Shown in pieces: positions 24,892-35,554 of a stretch of 64,000 nt of DNA. The notes beneath the pieces are model-generated. The model made no database searches. It was not told the origin of the DNA and saw only the letters and a program-made list of their open reading frames with translations. Each line of letters starts with the position of its first letter. Position 1 is the first letter of the stretch. Made by a program: the position numbers and the translations under genes. The stretch lies in NCBI RefSeq assembly GCF_028641065.1, contig NC_073388.1, positions 31,806,001 to 31,870,000 of the forward strand, read 5' to 3'. The stretch comes from Leucoraja erinacea. Its lineage: Eukaryota.

Positions 24892-26786
24892 GGATGACTA
24901 ATGCCAGTTACCGGGTGAGTCAATAATTGGGGGTGGTTATGAAGGACCATAGGTGTCTCTACCACCATGTCGTGGAACATTGGGAACCATGGTTGGGTAG
25001 GCCAGTCGGGCACGACCAGAATGCCAGAGGCTGAGTCTGCCTGAATTTTCTGGAGTACCCGACTGATGAGGCAGAAGGGAGGGAAGGCATAGAAAAAGAA
25101 ATTTCCCCAATCCAGCGTGAAGGCATCTACCACTGCTGCCTCTGGGTCTGGTTCCCAAGCCACATACATGGGTAGTTGGTGATTTAATCTAGACGCAAAC
25201 AAATCTATATCTGGCGTACCATATTGCTTGACAATTCTAGCAAATAGTTTTGGGTCCAACATCCATTCGATGTTGTCATTGAATTTTCGTGACCTGGTGT
25301 CCGCCACTAAATTTAGCTTGCCTGGTAAATAGGCAGCTGATAGCCAAATATGTCTCTCGACACACCATTGCCAGATTATAGTAGTTAATTTGTCGCATGA
25401 TACTGATTTTATGCCACCCATGTGCTGGATATAAGATACCGCCGTAGTGTTGTCAATCATAATCCTAACATGCACATGCCGCATATCAGATGTATATGCT
25501 TTTAGCCCATAAAAGGCGGCGAGCATTTCCAAGAAGTTAATGCCCAGTGATTGTAGTAGCGATGCCTCTGAGTTAGTCCATCTGCCACCTGTGCTGTCTA
25601 TGGAGTTAGTAGCTCCCCAGCCTAAAGCACTGGCATCCGTTGTAATGGTTATGTTAGGATTGGTGACGGCGATAGGACTGTAACTGTGCCAAATATTATC
25701 GACCCACCACTGAAGTTCTGATTTGGCTTCAGTGGGTAACTCCATTTTGCGGTCATAATGCCCTCTATTAAGACGTAGTGCATGAGTCCTTGCCCTTTGC
25801 AAATTTTGATAATGCAAGGGCCCATGTTGGGCAGCCGGGAATGCTGCTACTATAGAGCCAATAACTCTGGCTACGTGCCGTATCCTTGGTTGCGGTGTAG
25901 CAATTAAATTATTACAAGCTTCGATGAGTGAAACTTTTTTGTTTCTAGGCAGAGTGACAGTCATATGTATAGTGTCAATAGTGAAGCCTAAGTAATCCAT
26001 GTTAGTAGTAGGCCCCAATATTGATTTATCTGGGTGTAGGATGAATCCCAAAGTTTCAAGGAGTTGTTTAGTGGCTAAAACTCCTGCGACAGCTAGTTCC
26101 CTTGTTCTCCCTAATATGAGAACATCGTCCAGATAGGCCACGACTAAATGTTTTTGTTCTCTCAATTTTTTCATGGCCACTTTGAGAATTTTTGTAAATA
26201 ATCTGGGAACTGTCGTTAAACCATTGGGCAAGGCTCTGTACTGCCACAGTTGGCCCATCCAGATAAATTTCAGATATTTGTAATAATCCTTATGAATGGG
26301 TACTAAATAGTAAGCATCCTTGATATCTATGCTTGCCATGTAGTATCCCTTGGAGATCAGTTGTCTGGCAGTGACAAATGTCTCCATTTTGAAATGTTGA
26401 TACTCAACAGACTGATTGAGTGACGTCAAATCAATAATAATGCGACACCCACCATCTTTCTTGGCTTTAAGAAAAATATTTGATACAAATTCGTGCGGCT
26501 CGTGTGTGGTCATTTCTATGATGCCTTTAGCCACGAGCCTATCTAGTTCAGCTTGTCCTTCTACCTTCTCAAAAGCTGAGGGAAGGAATACCCTTTGGGG
26601 CATGTGCTGAACTGGAGGTTGTAAGCCTGGTTTGAATTCAATTTTGTATCCACTGATACTGTTGAGTATAAACTTATTGTTAGTTAAGGAGCACCAAACA
26701 TGCTTGAAGAACCTCAAACGTCCTCCTGTTAATACAGCACCCATTGTCTGTGTATGTTGGCAGGAACCAGACCCACCTACCTCCAT
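24852..26786 (-). CDS. DIRS pol: reverse transcriptase, RNase H and adenine-methyltransferase-like domain
   Basis: 644-aa ORF; RT SIDIKDAYY, LPNGL, AYLDD; RNase H TDAS, INFLE, DNTTAV, AD; MT-like DLFAS..YAFPPF. Confidence 0.95.
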   Translation of the reverse strand: MEVGGSGSCQHTQTMGAVLTGGRLRFFKHVWCSLTNNKFILNSISGYKIEFKPGLQPPVQHMPQRVFLPSAFEKVEGQAELDRLVAKGIIEMTTHEPHEFVSNIFLKAKKDGGCRIIIDLTSLNQSVEYQHFKMETFVTARQLISKGYYMASIDIKDAYYLVPIHKDYYKYLKFIWMGQLWQYRALPNGLTTVPRLFTKILKVAMKKLREQKHLVVAYLDDVLILGRTRELAVAGVLATKQLLETLGFILHPDKSILGPTTNMDYLGFTIDTIHMTVTLPRNKKVSLIEACNNLIATPQPRIRHVARVIGSIVAAFPAAQHGPLHYQNLQRARTHALRLNRGHYDRKMELPTEAKSELQWWVDNIWHSYSPIAVTNPNITITTDASALGWGATNSIDSTGGRWTNSEASLLQSLGINFLEMLAAFYGLKAYTSDMRHVHVRIMIDNTTAVSYIQHMGGIKSVSCDKLTTIIWQWCVERHIWLSAAYLPGKLNLVADTRSRKFNDNIEWMLDPKLFARIVKQYGTPDIDLFASRLNHQLPMYVAWEPDPEAAVVDAFTLDWGNFFFYAFPPFCLISRVLQKIQADSASGILVVPDWPTQPWFPMFHDMVVETPMVLHNHPQLLTHPVTGISHPCHQKLNLLVSRF

Positions 26787-26788
26787 GT

Positions 26789-28006
26789 TTATTTGTGGGG
26801 CCGTTTTCGGTAGGTTTGGCCCAAGGTTGTCCGTGTTGGTGCTGCGGTGGGGCGGCGCATCTTCCCACGGCTCCGCCCTGGGCCCCGCTCTAAAAAAGAG
26901 CTCTGGGGGTAGTGGGAGGCGGTCACCAGGCTTTCACCAGCTCGGTACCTGCTGGTGGATGCCGAGGCGTGCTGCCAACTGGGTGTCTTCACCCTGCTCG
27001 GTCCTGGCCCTGCCCTCATGAGGCCTACTGGTTTGGCCGCCTCTTCCAACTCCTTCAGTTTTTTGGCCAAATCTGCACCAAATAGCAGCGCCTCTCGTTC
27101 GGGCGCTGGAGCTTTGCAGAGGCCTGCATATGTCGAGTTGAGGGCAGGCCTAATGTTGTCCCGCCGTAGGCTATTGAGCTCATAAGTGGTGCTGCACATC
27201 AGTGCGAGTGCATCCTGCTGGGGTATGGTTAGGTCTTCGTTCCCCACGGACCGAGCAAAGGCGGTGATGGCTGCTGAGTGGAGTTTCAGGACCCGCTGCA
27301 TCTTTACTTCCTGAGCCCTGATCTGCTGCCCCATCTGGTTCCATATCTGCCCGTTGACCGTTTTGACCCGCAGCGCCTCGCAATTCTCTGGCGCTGTGTA
27401 CGTGTCAAGGGCCTGCTGGACGACCTTGTCCTGCAGCGGGTTGTTGGACAGCCTGTTAATGCTGGCCGCCATTCTGGGTGGCAATACCATCCCAGTCGTT
27501 GGGGGCGCTGCGTACCGGCCCACTACACCCAGTAGCTCTTCTTCTAGCACGCCCGGCATACTGATGTTATCCTCCGCCTGCCCTTGGGATAGGCCAGCCC
27601 AGTCCTGGCCTCCCTTACTGCCCTCGAACATAGAGGGTACAGAAGGGTGTGGTGAGGAGGAGGCCAAAGCCCGTCCTCCTGGGAGATGCCTAGCCTGCAT
27701 CTCCTCATCGATCATTTGCTCTAGGAGCTGCCTCATGCAGCTGATGCGAGCGTCTTCCCGTTTCGGTGGTGGAGAGCGTTCCCGTTCCTCCGATGAATCG
27801 GAGGACACCGGCCGGTCGGTTTTGTGAGTAGCCTTCCTCCCTGTGCGGGGCGTCGATATCTGCAGCACAGGGGGCGGCTCGGTGTCGGGTGAGCGGGAGC
27901 GTTGAAATGGCTCCTCCGCTTCGAGTGGCTGCCGCCCAGCTATGGACCCCTCCTCGGGTGGAGTTGGGCAGGCAGTCCTTCTGGCTGGTCGCTTTCGAGA
28001 GGCCAT
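26789..28006 (-). CDS. DIRS gag-like ORF1 (405 aa from the first ATG, MASRKRP)
   Basis: Open frame upstream of pol inside the element; PENCEAL..VN..IW, ELNSLRRDNIRP, LFGADL resemble DIRS gag; ATG at 28006 in attATGg context. Confidence 0.85.
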   Translation of the reverse strand: MASRKRPARRTACPTPPEEGSIAGRQPLEAEEPFQRSRSPDTEPPPVLQISTPRTGRKATHKTDRPVSSDSSEERERSPPPKREDARISCMRQLLEQMIDEEMQARHLPGGRALASSSPHPSVPSMFEGSKGGQDWAGLSQGQAEDNISMPGVLEEELLGVVGRYAAPPTTGMVLPPRMAASINRLSNNPLQDKVVQQALDTYTAPENCEALRVKTVNGQIWNQMGQQIRAQEVKMQRVLKLHSAAITAFARSVGNEDLTIPQQDALALMCSTTYELNSLRRDNIRPALNSTYAGLCKAPAPEREALLFGADLAKKLKELEEAAKPVGLMRAGPGPSRVKTPSWQHASASTSRYRAGESLVTASHYPQSSFLERGPGRSRGKMRRPTAAPTRTTLGQTYRKRPHK

Positions 28007-28114
28007 AATTCTCCCTTGAGCGACTCTGTAACACAAAAAAGGCACTTACCTGAGGTCTTGTCTTTATGCTGCAGCTGGAGAGCCTGGCTCCAGCTGCTGC
28101 CGCTGTTGCACTGC

Positions 28115-28171
28115 TGACGTAATGCTGCGCCTGCGCGCTGGGTGGGTTCTTCACGTAGTCACTCACGTGAC
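28115..28171. promoter_or_regulatory. Putative DIRS internal promoter motifs (CRE-like, NRF1-like, E-box)
   Basis: tgacgtaa 28115-28122, tgcgcctgcgcg 28126-28137, cacgtg 28164-28169 clustered at the element 5' end; motif match only. Confidence 0.4.
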
Positions 28172-28274
28172 TCCGAAGTAAAATTGCTTTCTTCTTAGTC
28201 ATTGAGGGAAAGGAATGCAGGTGATCCATGCAGCTTTTAACTATTTTAATAAAAGTACCCATATTGTATTGATT

Positions 28275-28428
28275 GGTACACAAAAAAGCTGGTGAAACTC
28301 AGCGGGGTGCAGCAGCATCTATGGAGCGAAGGAAATAGGCAACGTTTCGGGCCGAAACCCTTCTTCAGACTGATCGGGGGCGGGGGTGGGCGGGGACAAG
28401 AAAGGAAAAAGGAGGAGGAGCCCGAAGG
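28275..28428 (-). mobile_element. Penelope terminal repeat fragment with minimal hammerhead-like motif
   Basis: Minus strand reads ctgaagaagggtttcggcccgaaacgttgcctatttcc..gctgagtttc..cagcttttttgtg. Confidence 0.7.
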
Positions 28429-28754
28429 TATCCTGGTATTGTGGCTGATCCTTCACAGCTTGGCAGGAGACAATCAAGTGTCTTCAACAAGTATTTGAGT
28501 TGCCACCTCCAGTGCAATGTTTCCTACAGATAAAGCTCAGTCTAATTGGAGATCAGTGCTATCATAGTGTCTGTTGCACAACTTTCACCAACTGCTGAGT
28601 AGTCATGTCAAGTATAGGGGATGACTGGGCTGGCATGAGCAGTTCAATCTTAACTTCTCCATCTTGACTCAATAAATCTCATTTGTTTACAAACATGTTT
28701 TTATCAGCTTTATATCCAATCCACAATCATTTGTTCATAAGCATCAAGCGATTT

Positions 28755-28922
28755 ATAGAATATAGAACAGCAAAAGAACAGGCTCTTCGGCTCACATTGT
28801 CTGTTCCAAACATGTTGCCAAGACCATCTCTTATCTACCTACGCATAATCCATATCTTTCCATTCCCTGCATATCCATATGCCCATCCAAATGCCTTTTA
28901 AATGCCACTATTGTATCTACCT
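28755..28922 (-). mobile_element. CR1-type 3' tail fragment
   Basis: atagaatatagaacagc..gaacaggctcttcggctcac..catatctttccattccctgcatatccat. Confidence 0.55.
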
Positions 28923-28924
28923 CT

Positions 28925-30020
28925 GGCACAATGGATTCAACACCATTGTTCCAGAGCTACTACATTACAAACTCTCCAAGTTGACTGTGCCTGAACCCGT
29001 CTGTCAGTGGATCACCAACTTCCTGACAGACAAAAAGCACCATGTGAAGCTGGGAAAACACATCTCAGACCCGCAGACCCTCAACATAGGAGCACCACAA
29101 GGCAATGTACTCTCCTCTCCTTTACTCTCTCTACACCAACGACTGCTCCTCCACAGACTTCTCTATCAAGCTTCTCAAGTTTGGGGACGACAAAACCCTG
29201 ATGGACTGATCCAGGATGGGAAGGAATCTGCCTACAGACAGGAAGTGGCACAGCTGGCATCCTGATGCCTTTGTGACAACCTGGAGCTCAATGCTCTTAA
29301 GACATTGGAATTGATAGTAGACTTTAGGAGAAGTCCCCCTCCCCTCCCCCCACTCACCATCAACAACACCACAGTCACATCTGTGGAGTCTTTTAAATTC
29401 CTCGGAACCAACATCTCCAAGGACCTTAAATGGGAGGCCACCATCGACTCCACATCCAAAAAGGCCCAACAGTGGATGTACTTCCTGCGGCAGCCGAGGA
29501 AACACAATCTGCCACAAGCAATGATGGTCCAATGCTATACTGCCATCGTACAGTCTGTCCTCACCTTCCCATCATGGTCTGGTTTGGCTCAGCCACCAAG
29601 CATGACATAGTTTGATCAGCTGAGAAGGTTGTTGGCTGCAACCTTCACTCCATTGACGAACTGTACACTGCAAGTGCCAGGAAGCGAGCGGGTAGGATCA
29701 TCTCTGACCCCTCTCACCCTGGCCACAAACTCTTTGAAGCACTTCCCTCTGGAAGGCGACTCTGGACTGTCAAAGCCGCCACAGCCATGACATAAAAACA
29801 GTTTTTTTCTGCGAGCACTAGTACTACTCAGTAGCCTCCTTTTGCTCTGGTATTTTATTTCATTCACATGTTTAAACTATAATGTTTTATTCTCAATTTT
29901 TTAATGTTTTATGTTTTATTCTTAATTGTTTACCTATGTCTTGTTACTTGTAAGCGGAGCACCACGGCAAATTCCTTGTATGTGTACATACTTGGCCAAT
30001 AAACTTATTCATCCATTCAT
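28925..30020 (+). mobile_element. 5'-truncated Rex1/Babar-type LINE
   Basis: FNTIVPELL, WITNFLTD, GAPQG, FKFLGTNISKDLKW..KKAQQWMYFLR; 3' tail ending cttggccaataaacttattcat. Confidence 0.85.
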
Positions 30021-31077
30021 GCATTAATTACTGCCCTACCTTAGGGCCAAAATTCCCCTCAACAAATATTACAAGAAAAAAAGAATATGGGTCTCTTTAC
30101 GATTGTGGGGATTTTACTGTATTCATTTTGACTTTCCAACATGACAGTCACCACACTTCAAAGCTACAAAGCTATTCATTTAAAAATTCTAAAAAATGAC
30201 ACCCCACACACAGCATTCCATTATAATCAGAGATTCTCCACACCTTCTCAAGGAGATGATCAATTGATAGAAGTTTCCACTTCAATAGAAAATTGCAAGC
30301 CGTTTAATATGAATATATCTTATTGTTGGGTTAATAGCAGAGGCTAACTCAAAAAGTAAGCTGAAAAACCTATCATCATGCAGCCAGGATCTTACAATTG
30401 TGTTTAATTATTACGTTATGAAGTTTGGAAGCTCAATTCATTAGCTAGAAAATGTCACCAATTGTACCAGCAATATGAACATGAGTTGGCCATCATCTCC
30501 ACATAACTTCTACAATCAATCGGATTGTCCATGGTGCTATATCAATTTCAATGATGTGCTTCTGTTCTATATTTCTTATACTCCTTCTCAGTAACCAATT
30601 TGCTTTTACTTAAATATTTTAATTGAGCACACATAGCCTGTTTGGGAGAGAAAACCAAAAACTGCAGATGTTTGAAATATAAAATAAAAATGAAAATTGC
30701 TGGAACTACTCAGCCAGTCAGGCCACATCAGGTGTAAGACCATTCATATGTATTTATATCTTGCAGATTAAATATCCACATCAGGTTAGAAAGGTCTGTA
30801 TAAAAAGTACTGTGAACAATCCTTGTGTAGATTATTCAGACTCCCTCATTAGACTGGAGCACACTGATGCTGAGTTACAGGTCCATTAGGATCTGCTGGC
30901 TTGTTAGCCAAGGGCACAACTCTGACTTCCAGGTCTGTATTTTGTGATGCAAACATTGTAAACATACTGGAGACCAGATAGGTATACACATAACCTTTAA
31001 TTCTGCCTCTGGACTCACCAGTGGGTGATATTTCCTAATTTATTAATCTGAGAAGCCAGAAGCACTTCATGTCTTGT

Positions 31078-31240
31078 GTCATAGAGTCTTAGAGTCATAC
31101 AGCGTGGACACAGACCCTTCGGACCAACTTGCACAGGCCGACAAACCTGCCCCATCTAGACTAATCCCACCAGCATGTGTTTGGCCCATATCCCTCTAAA
31201 CCTACCCTATCCATGGGCCTGTCCAAATGGTTTATAAACA
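31078..31240 (-). mobile_element. CR1 3' terminus
   Basis: agagtcatacagcgtggacacagacccttcgg..ggcccatatccctctaaacc. Confidence 0.7.
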
Positions 31241-33189
31241 TGCTTTAGTTTTATACTAGCTGTGACTAGCCCATCCATGTGCCTTTAATCATTTGAATAG
31301 GGCTGCAACCATTCTAAAGGTAAGTTTATTTTTTCAACTTTTATTTTTGTGAATTAGAAGTTTCATGACTTTTTAAATGAGACATTTAAAAGCAGTGACA
31401 ACCCATTGGACAGAACGAGCTGTACGAGGTCACAAGGCAGTCTGTGGGCCATGTCTGTGCCTGTTGTCTGTGGATGAGCCACCACTCACAACTTCATAAG
31501 CCTCAGTGAAGCTCGTGGCTGCAATGGGAGTAGTGCAATAAGAGCTGAGCAACCACAAAAATGCATCACAGTTTGAGTAAGTGCAGATAGTGACAGGACA
31601 ATGTGAGCTGGTTTCAGGGTCATAGTTCAATTACTCAAAGATCAATTTCCAGAAGTTCTGAGTGGACGTCTCCCTCTATGCCAGAGGTTTTTCTAACTAG
31701 AAGTTTGCAAAATACCTTTCCCCCACCCCACCCACATCAATGTCCGGCACTCCCATTATCCTCATCATGAACTGCTAGTTTTCCAAACCTCACAACCACT
31801 CCCAAGGTCTTGACATTAAGAAGGTGACTCTCCTTGTATGGGATAGTTTCAAATTCTGGATTGTAGTGTTGAAAGTCCAACATAATTGCTCTGCTTCATA
31901 CATTGTTTCCTCCACCGTGTAATCCCATTTAAGATCCTATGAATGTTATGGTTGACAAAGTCATCTTAATGGGCTTTTTCCCTGAACAGTTGGCTAAACC
32001 GATGCTTTTATTTCCTTCAATTACTATTTAACACTGCATTAAGCCAATAGAAAAAAAAACAGAGCTCTATAAAACTCCTGAAATAAGTCAAAATCAACTA
32101 TTCAGCAATTTTCAACTTGATAATTAGATGAATAAATTATGACAATCTCAGCACTATGTTCTATATTTTTAATGAATATACATGTAATGGCAATTATTTA
32201 ACTTTACAATGTCCAACTTTTATTTGCCGTTACTACACTGGCAAGGAGGAGTGGAGTTTACGCAGTCGATGTTAAAAAACAAATCTTCCAGTCATAATTT
32301 CCAGTATAATCGATTTTAATTGAAGTTGTTGTAAATACAAAGAAGTGTCTTATAAAAATTGTAGCTTTCCATTCTTACTATCTGAACTGGTAAAAATTGT
32401 GTCTTCTATTCCCGTGCCAGCACCCGTCTGATCTGACCACTCCCTGTCGTATCACTTAGTTCAATCTGTCATGCCCATCTACGTATCAAAATCCTACACT
32501 TAAGCGTACAGAACAATACAGCTAGACATAACTAGACAAGATAATAAAATATGCTAACAGCAACTAGCTTAAGCATGAATGGCTCCTACAATACATTTTT
32601 CAAACACATAATCAAAGAAATTGGGCAATAATGAACTAAAATATAGCCAATTAACACGGAAAGCAAGTGCATCTTAGTGTTGGGAATATTCACTAATAAC
32701 GTACTCAGTTAAGTACAGTTGACTCATCTTTTCTGAACAAAGGCAATATGAAATTTTGAAAAACATAATTGCACTCAGAATGTTGCATTGTGCAACTGCA
32801 ACACAGTTGATTAATGTTTGAAACTAACATAAGTGCAATTAAACATTATCAGTAGAAGAAAAGTAATAGGCAAGAACAAAGTCAGGAAATCAGAGGAATC
32901 ATTAGCAGAATTTTTTATTAACATTATATAATGAGGTTGTGATAGATGCTTACTAATTTAATATTTTCAAACCAATCCTTTCCCTTGCATGATACTTTTC
33001 TCTTATTAACAATCGTTTTAATTTTTATATTTTTCAAGTCCTTTTATATTCTGATTGCACCTGTGCAGCACCAGAGGATCAAACATCTTTGACCATTGCT
33101 ATTCCATCATCAAAGATACCTATCGCTCCATCTCCCCCCCCCCCCCCCCCCCCCCCCCCCCCATTTTGGGAAATCAAAGCACCTGGCTA

Positions 33190-34182
33190 TGCTCTTTATT
33201 GATACATAAAAACATTGACTGAAGATTGCAGTTCCAGCAGTGAGGATGGCACAGAGAGGGTCAACAAAGGCAGAGGAACGACTCCGCGACTGCTTAGAGA
33301 CTACAAACCCACTGACTCCCATGGCTATCGGGATTACACTGCTTGCCATCCTGCTTCCTGTAAGGACTATCCCCTACTCCCAATTCCTCCATCTATGCCT
33401 CATCTGCACCCAGGATGAGGTGTTCCAAACCAGAGCATCGGAGATATCCTCATTCTTTAGGGAACGGGGGTTCTCCTCATTGACTATAGATGAGGCTCTC
33501 ACCAGGGTCCCCTCTATATCCTGTAGCACTGCTCTCACTCCACATCCCCCACTCATAACAAGGACAGAGTCCCCCTTGTCCTCACATTCCACCTCAACAA
33601 CCGTCGCATACAACAGATAATCCACAGACATTTCTGCCACCTCCAACGGGATCCCACCACTGGCCACATCTTCCCATCCCGGCTTTCCGCAGATAACGTT
33701 CCCTCCGTAACTCCCTGGTCAATTCGTCCCTTCCCACCCAAACCACCCCCTCCACTGGTACTTTCCCTTACAACCGCGGGAAATGCGACACTTGCCGCTT
33801 TACCTCCCCCTCTACTCCATCCAAGGACCCAAGCAGTCATTCCAGGTGAAGCAGAGGTTCACCTGCACCGCCTCCATCCTGATCTATTCCATTTGCTGTT
33901 CCAGGTGTTAACTGCTCTACTTAGGTTAGACCAAGCGCAGGCTTGGCAATTGCTTCGGCCAACACCTCAATTCAGTTTGCAATAACCAACCTGATCACCC
34001 GGTGGCTCAGTATTTCAACTCCCCCTTTTTGACCAAATTTGACCTTTCTGTCCTGGGCCTCCTCCATGGCCAGAGTGAGTCCCAACACAAATTGATTGGA
34101 GGAGCAGCACATATTTTGTTTGGTTAGTTTACACTCCAGCAGTATGAACATTGACCTCTCCAATTTCAGGTAGTTCTTGCTT
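33190..34182 (+). mobile_element. Penelope-like element 3' part (RT C-terminus, linker, GIY-YIG), disrupted
   Basis: YKPTDSHGY..HPASCK, IPYSQFL..ICTQDEVF, FQVKQRFTCT..; stops and frameshifts present. Confidence 0.85.
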
Positions 34183-34670
34183 TAGGAGATGTCCCACTGC
34201 GGTAACCTAATCTGCGAGTTTAGAAGAGTTTGCTCTCAACTCAAACTCGCAGCATGGTCGACATGTGGTCCTAGGAGGTCCTATGAGGTCACTGGAACTC
34301 TCCTTTTTGCTCGAGGGAAGTTCCCGAATATATTCATGGCCACAGCCAGGTCGTGGAAAAAGTTTCAGCATGTTGATAAATTTCCCGCAAGTAAAACTTG
34401 GTCGGCTTGGTTCTACTTAACTCGTGGTGCAGTGGAGTGGGGTCGCTATGGGCAGTCAAGGGCAACCATAGGCAATCTCCTTCGCTGACTGGGCATTTTG
34501 ATTGGCTCATTGGAGTTTTCAGGACCAGGGAAAACCAACTGGTAGATAAAATGCCCGGTAAACTTTATTATACTTCTTAAAAGTGTCTCCACTCCTTCTC
34601 CCCCCCCCCTTCTCTCCCTCCCCTTTTATCCCATTCTCTCCCCTTCTCTCCCCTTCTTTCGCACTCTGAC
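34183..34670. mobile_element. Probable Harbinger-like MITE remnant
   Basis: Begins tta-ggagatgtcccact, resembling the TIR at 18186; right end not identified. Confidence 0.4.
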
Positions 34671-35005
34671 CTTAGATAAACTCTTCTCCCTGCCCTGATT
34701 TTGTGCAATGCTTGACACAGATTGCTGTATGAAAAGTAAGCCCTTTGCCTGCTACACTTCCTCTCGACTTTTACTTAAGCTGCCATTTCACTGCTGGATT
34801 GGTTATTTTGTGTTATTACATTGCAGATTTGGAACAGACATGGAAATTGATAACAGCACAAAATAAGGAAATGTATTGTAGGTTAAAAATCAGTGAAATC
34901 AGTGAAAAGGTAATTGCAGCCACTCGGTACTTTTGTTCACAACTAGTTCCAAATAATGTTTTCTAAATAATTTTCTTTCTTCACTGCCTGCTGTACCTGC
35001 ATGCT

Positions 35006-35548
35006 CAATGAAAGTAAGCATGCAGGTAAACCAGGCAGTGAAGAAAGTGAATGGCATGTTGGCCTTTATAACACGAGGAGTTGAGTATAGGAGCAAAGAG
35101 GACCTTCTGCAATTGTACAGAGCCCTAGTGAGACCACATCTGGAGTATTGTGTGTAGTTTGGTCCCCTAATTTGAGGAAGGACATTCTTGCTGTTGAGGG
35201 AGTGCAGCGTAGGTTTACAAGGTTAATTCCCGGGATGGAGGGACTGTCATATGCTGAGAGAATGGAGAGGCTGGGCTTTACACGCTGGAGATTAGAAGGA
35301 TGAGAGGGTATCTCATTGATCATTAAGGTGGTGAGTCTGTGGAATTCTCTGCCTCAGAGGGCGGTGGAGGCTGGTTCTATGTATGCTTTCAAGAGAGAGC
35401 TAGATAGGGCTCTTAAAAATAGTGGAGTTGGGGGAAATGGGGAGAAGGCAGGAACTGGGTACTGATTGGGGATGATCAGCCATGATCACATTGAATGGCT
35501 CGAAGGGCCAAATGGCTTACTCCTGCACCCATTGTCTATTGTCTATTA
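35006..35548 (+). mobile_element. 5'-truncated CR1 with 3' terminus
   Basis: LQLYRALVRPHLEYCV, 3' UTR and ctattgt-type tail repeats; 5' fold-back at 34975-35047. Confidence 0.85.
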
Positions 35549-35554
35549 TCTTTT

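Larger units (their letters stand above)
23384..28184 (-). mobile_element. Full-length DIRS1-like tyrosine-recombinase retrotransposon
   Basis: Three intact ORFs; ITR 23457-23492 vs 28122-28157 (35/36); ICR 23607-23719 perfectly complementary to both ends; AAT trinucleotide at both termini. Confidence 0.97.

Noticed and set aside
26632-27827. Plus-strand ORFs antisense to gag/pol
   Set aside because: Shadows of GC-rich coding sequence.
28026-28049. 24-nt GT..AG micro-intron
   Set aside because: Below normal vertebrate minimal intron size; sites more plausibly pair with distant partners.
22865-28343. Inverted pLTR copies flanking the DIRS as a composite transposon
   Set aside because: The left copy has its own TSD and the DIRS has self-defined ends; independent insertions are simpler.
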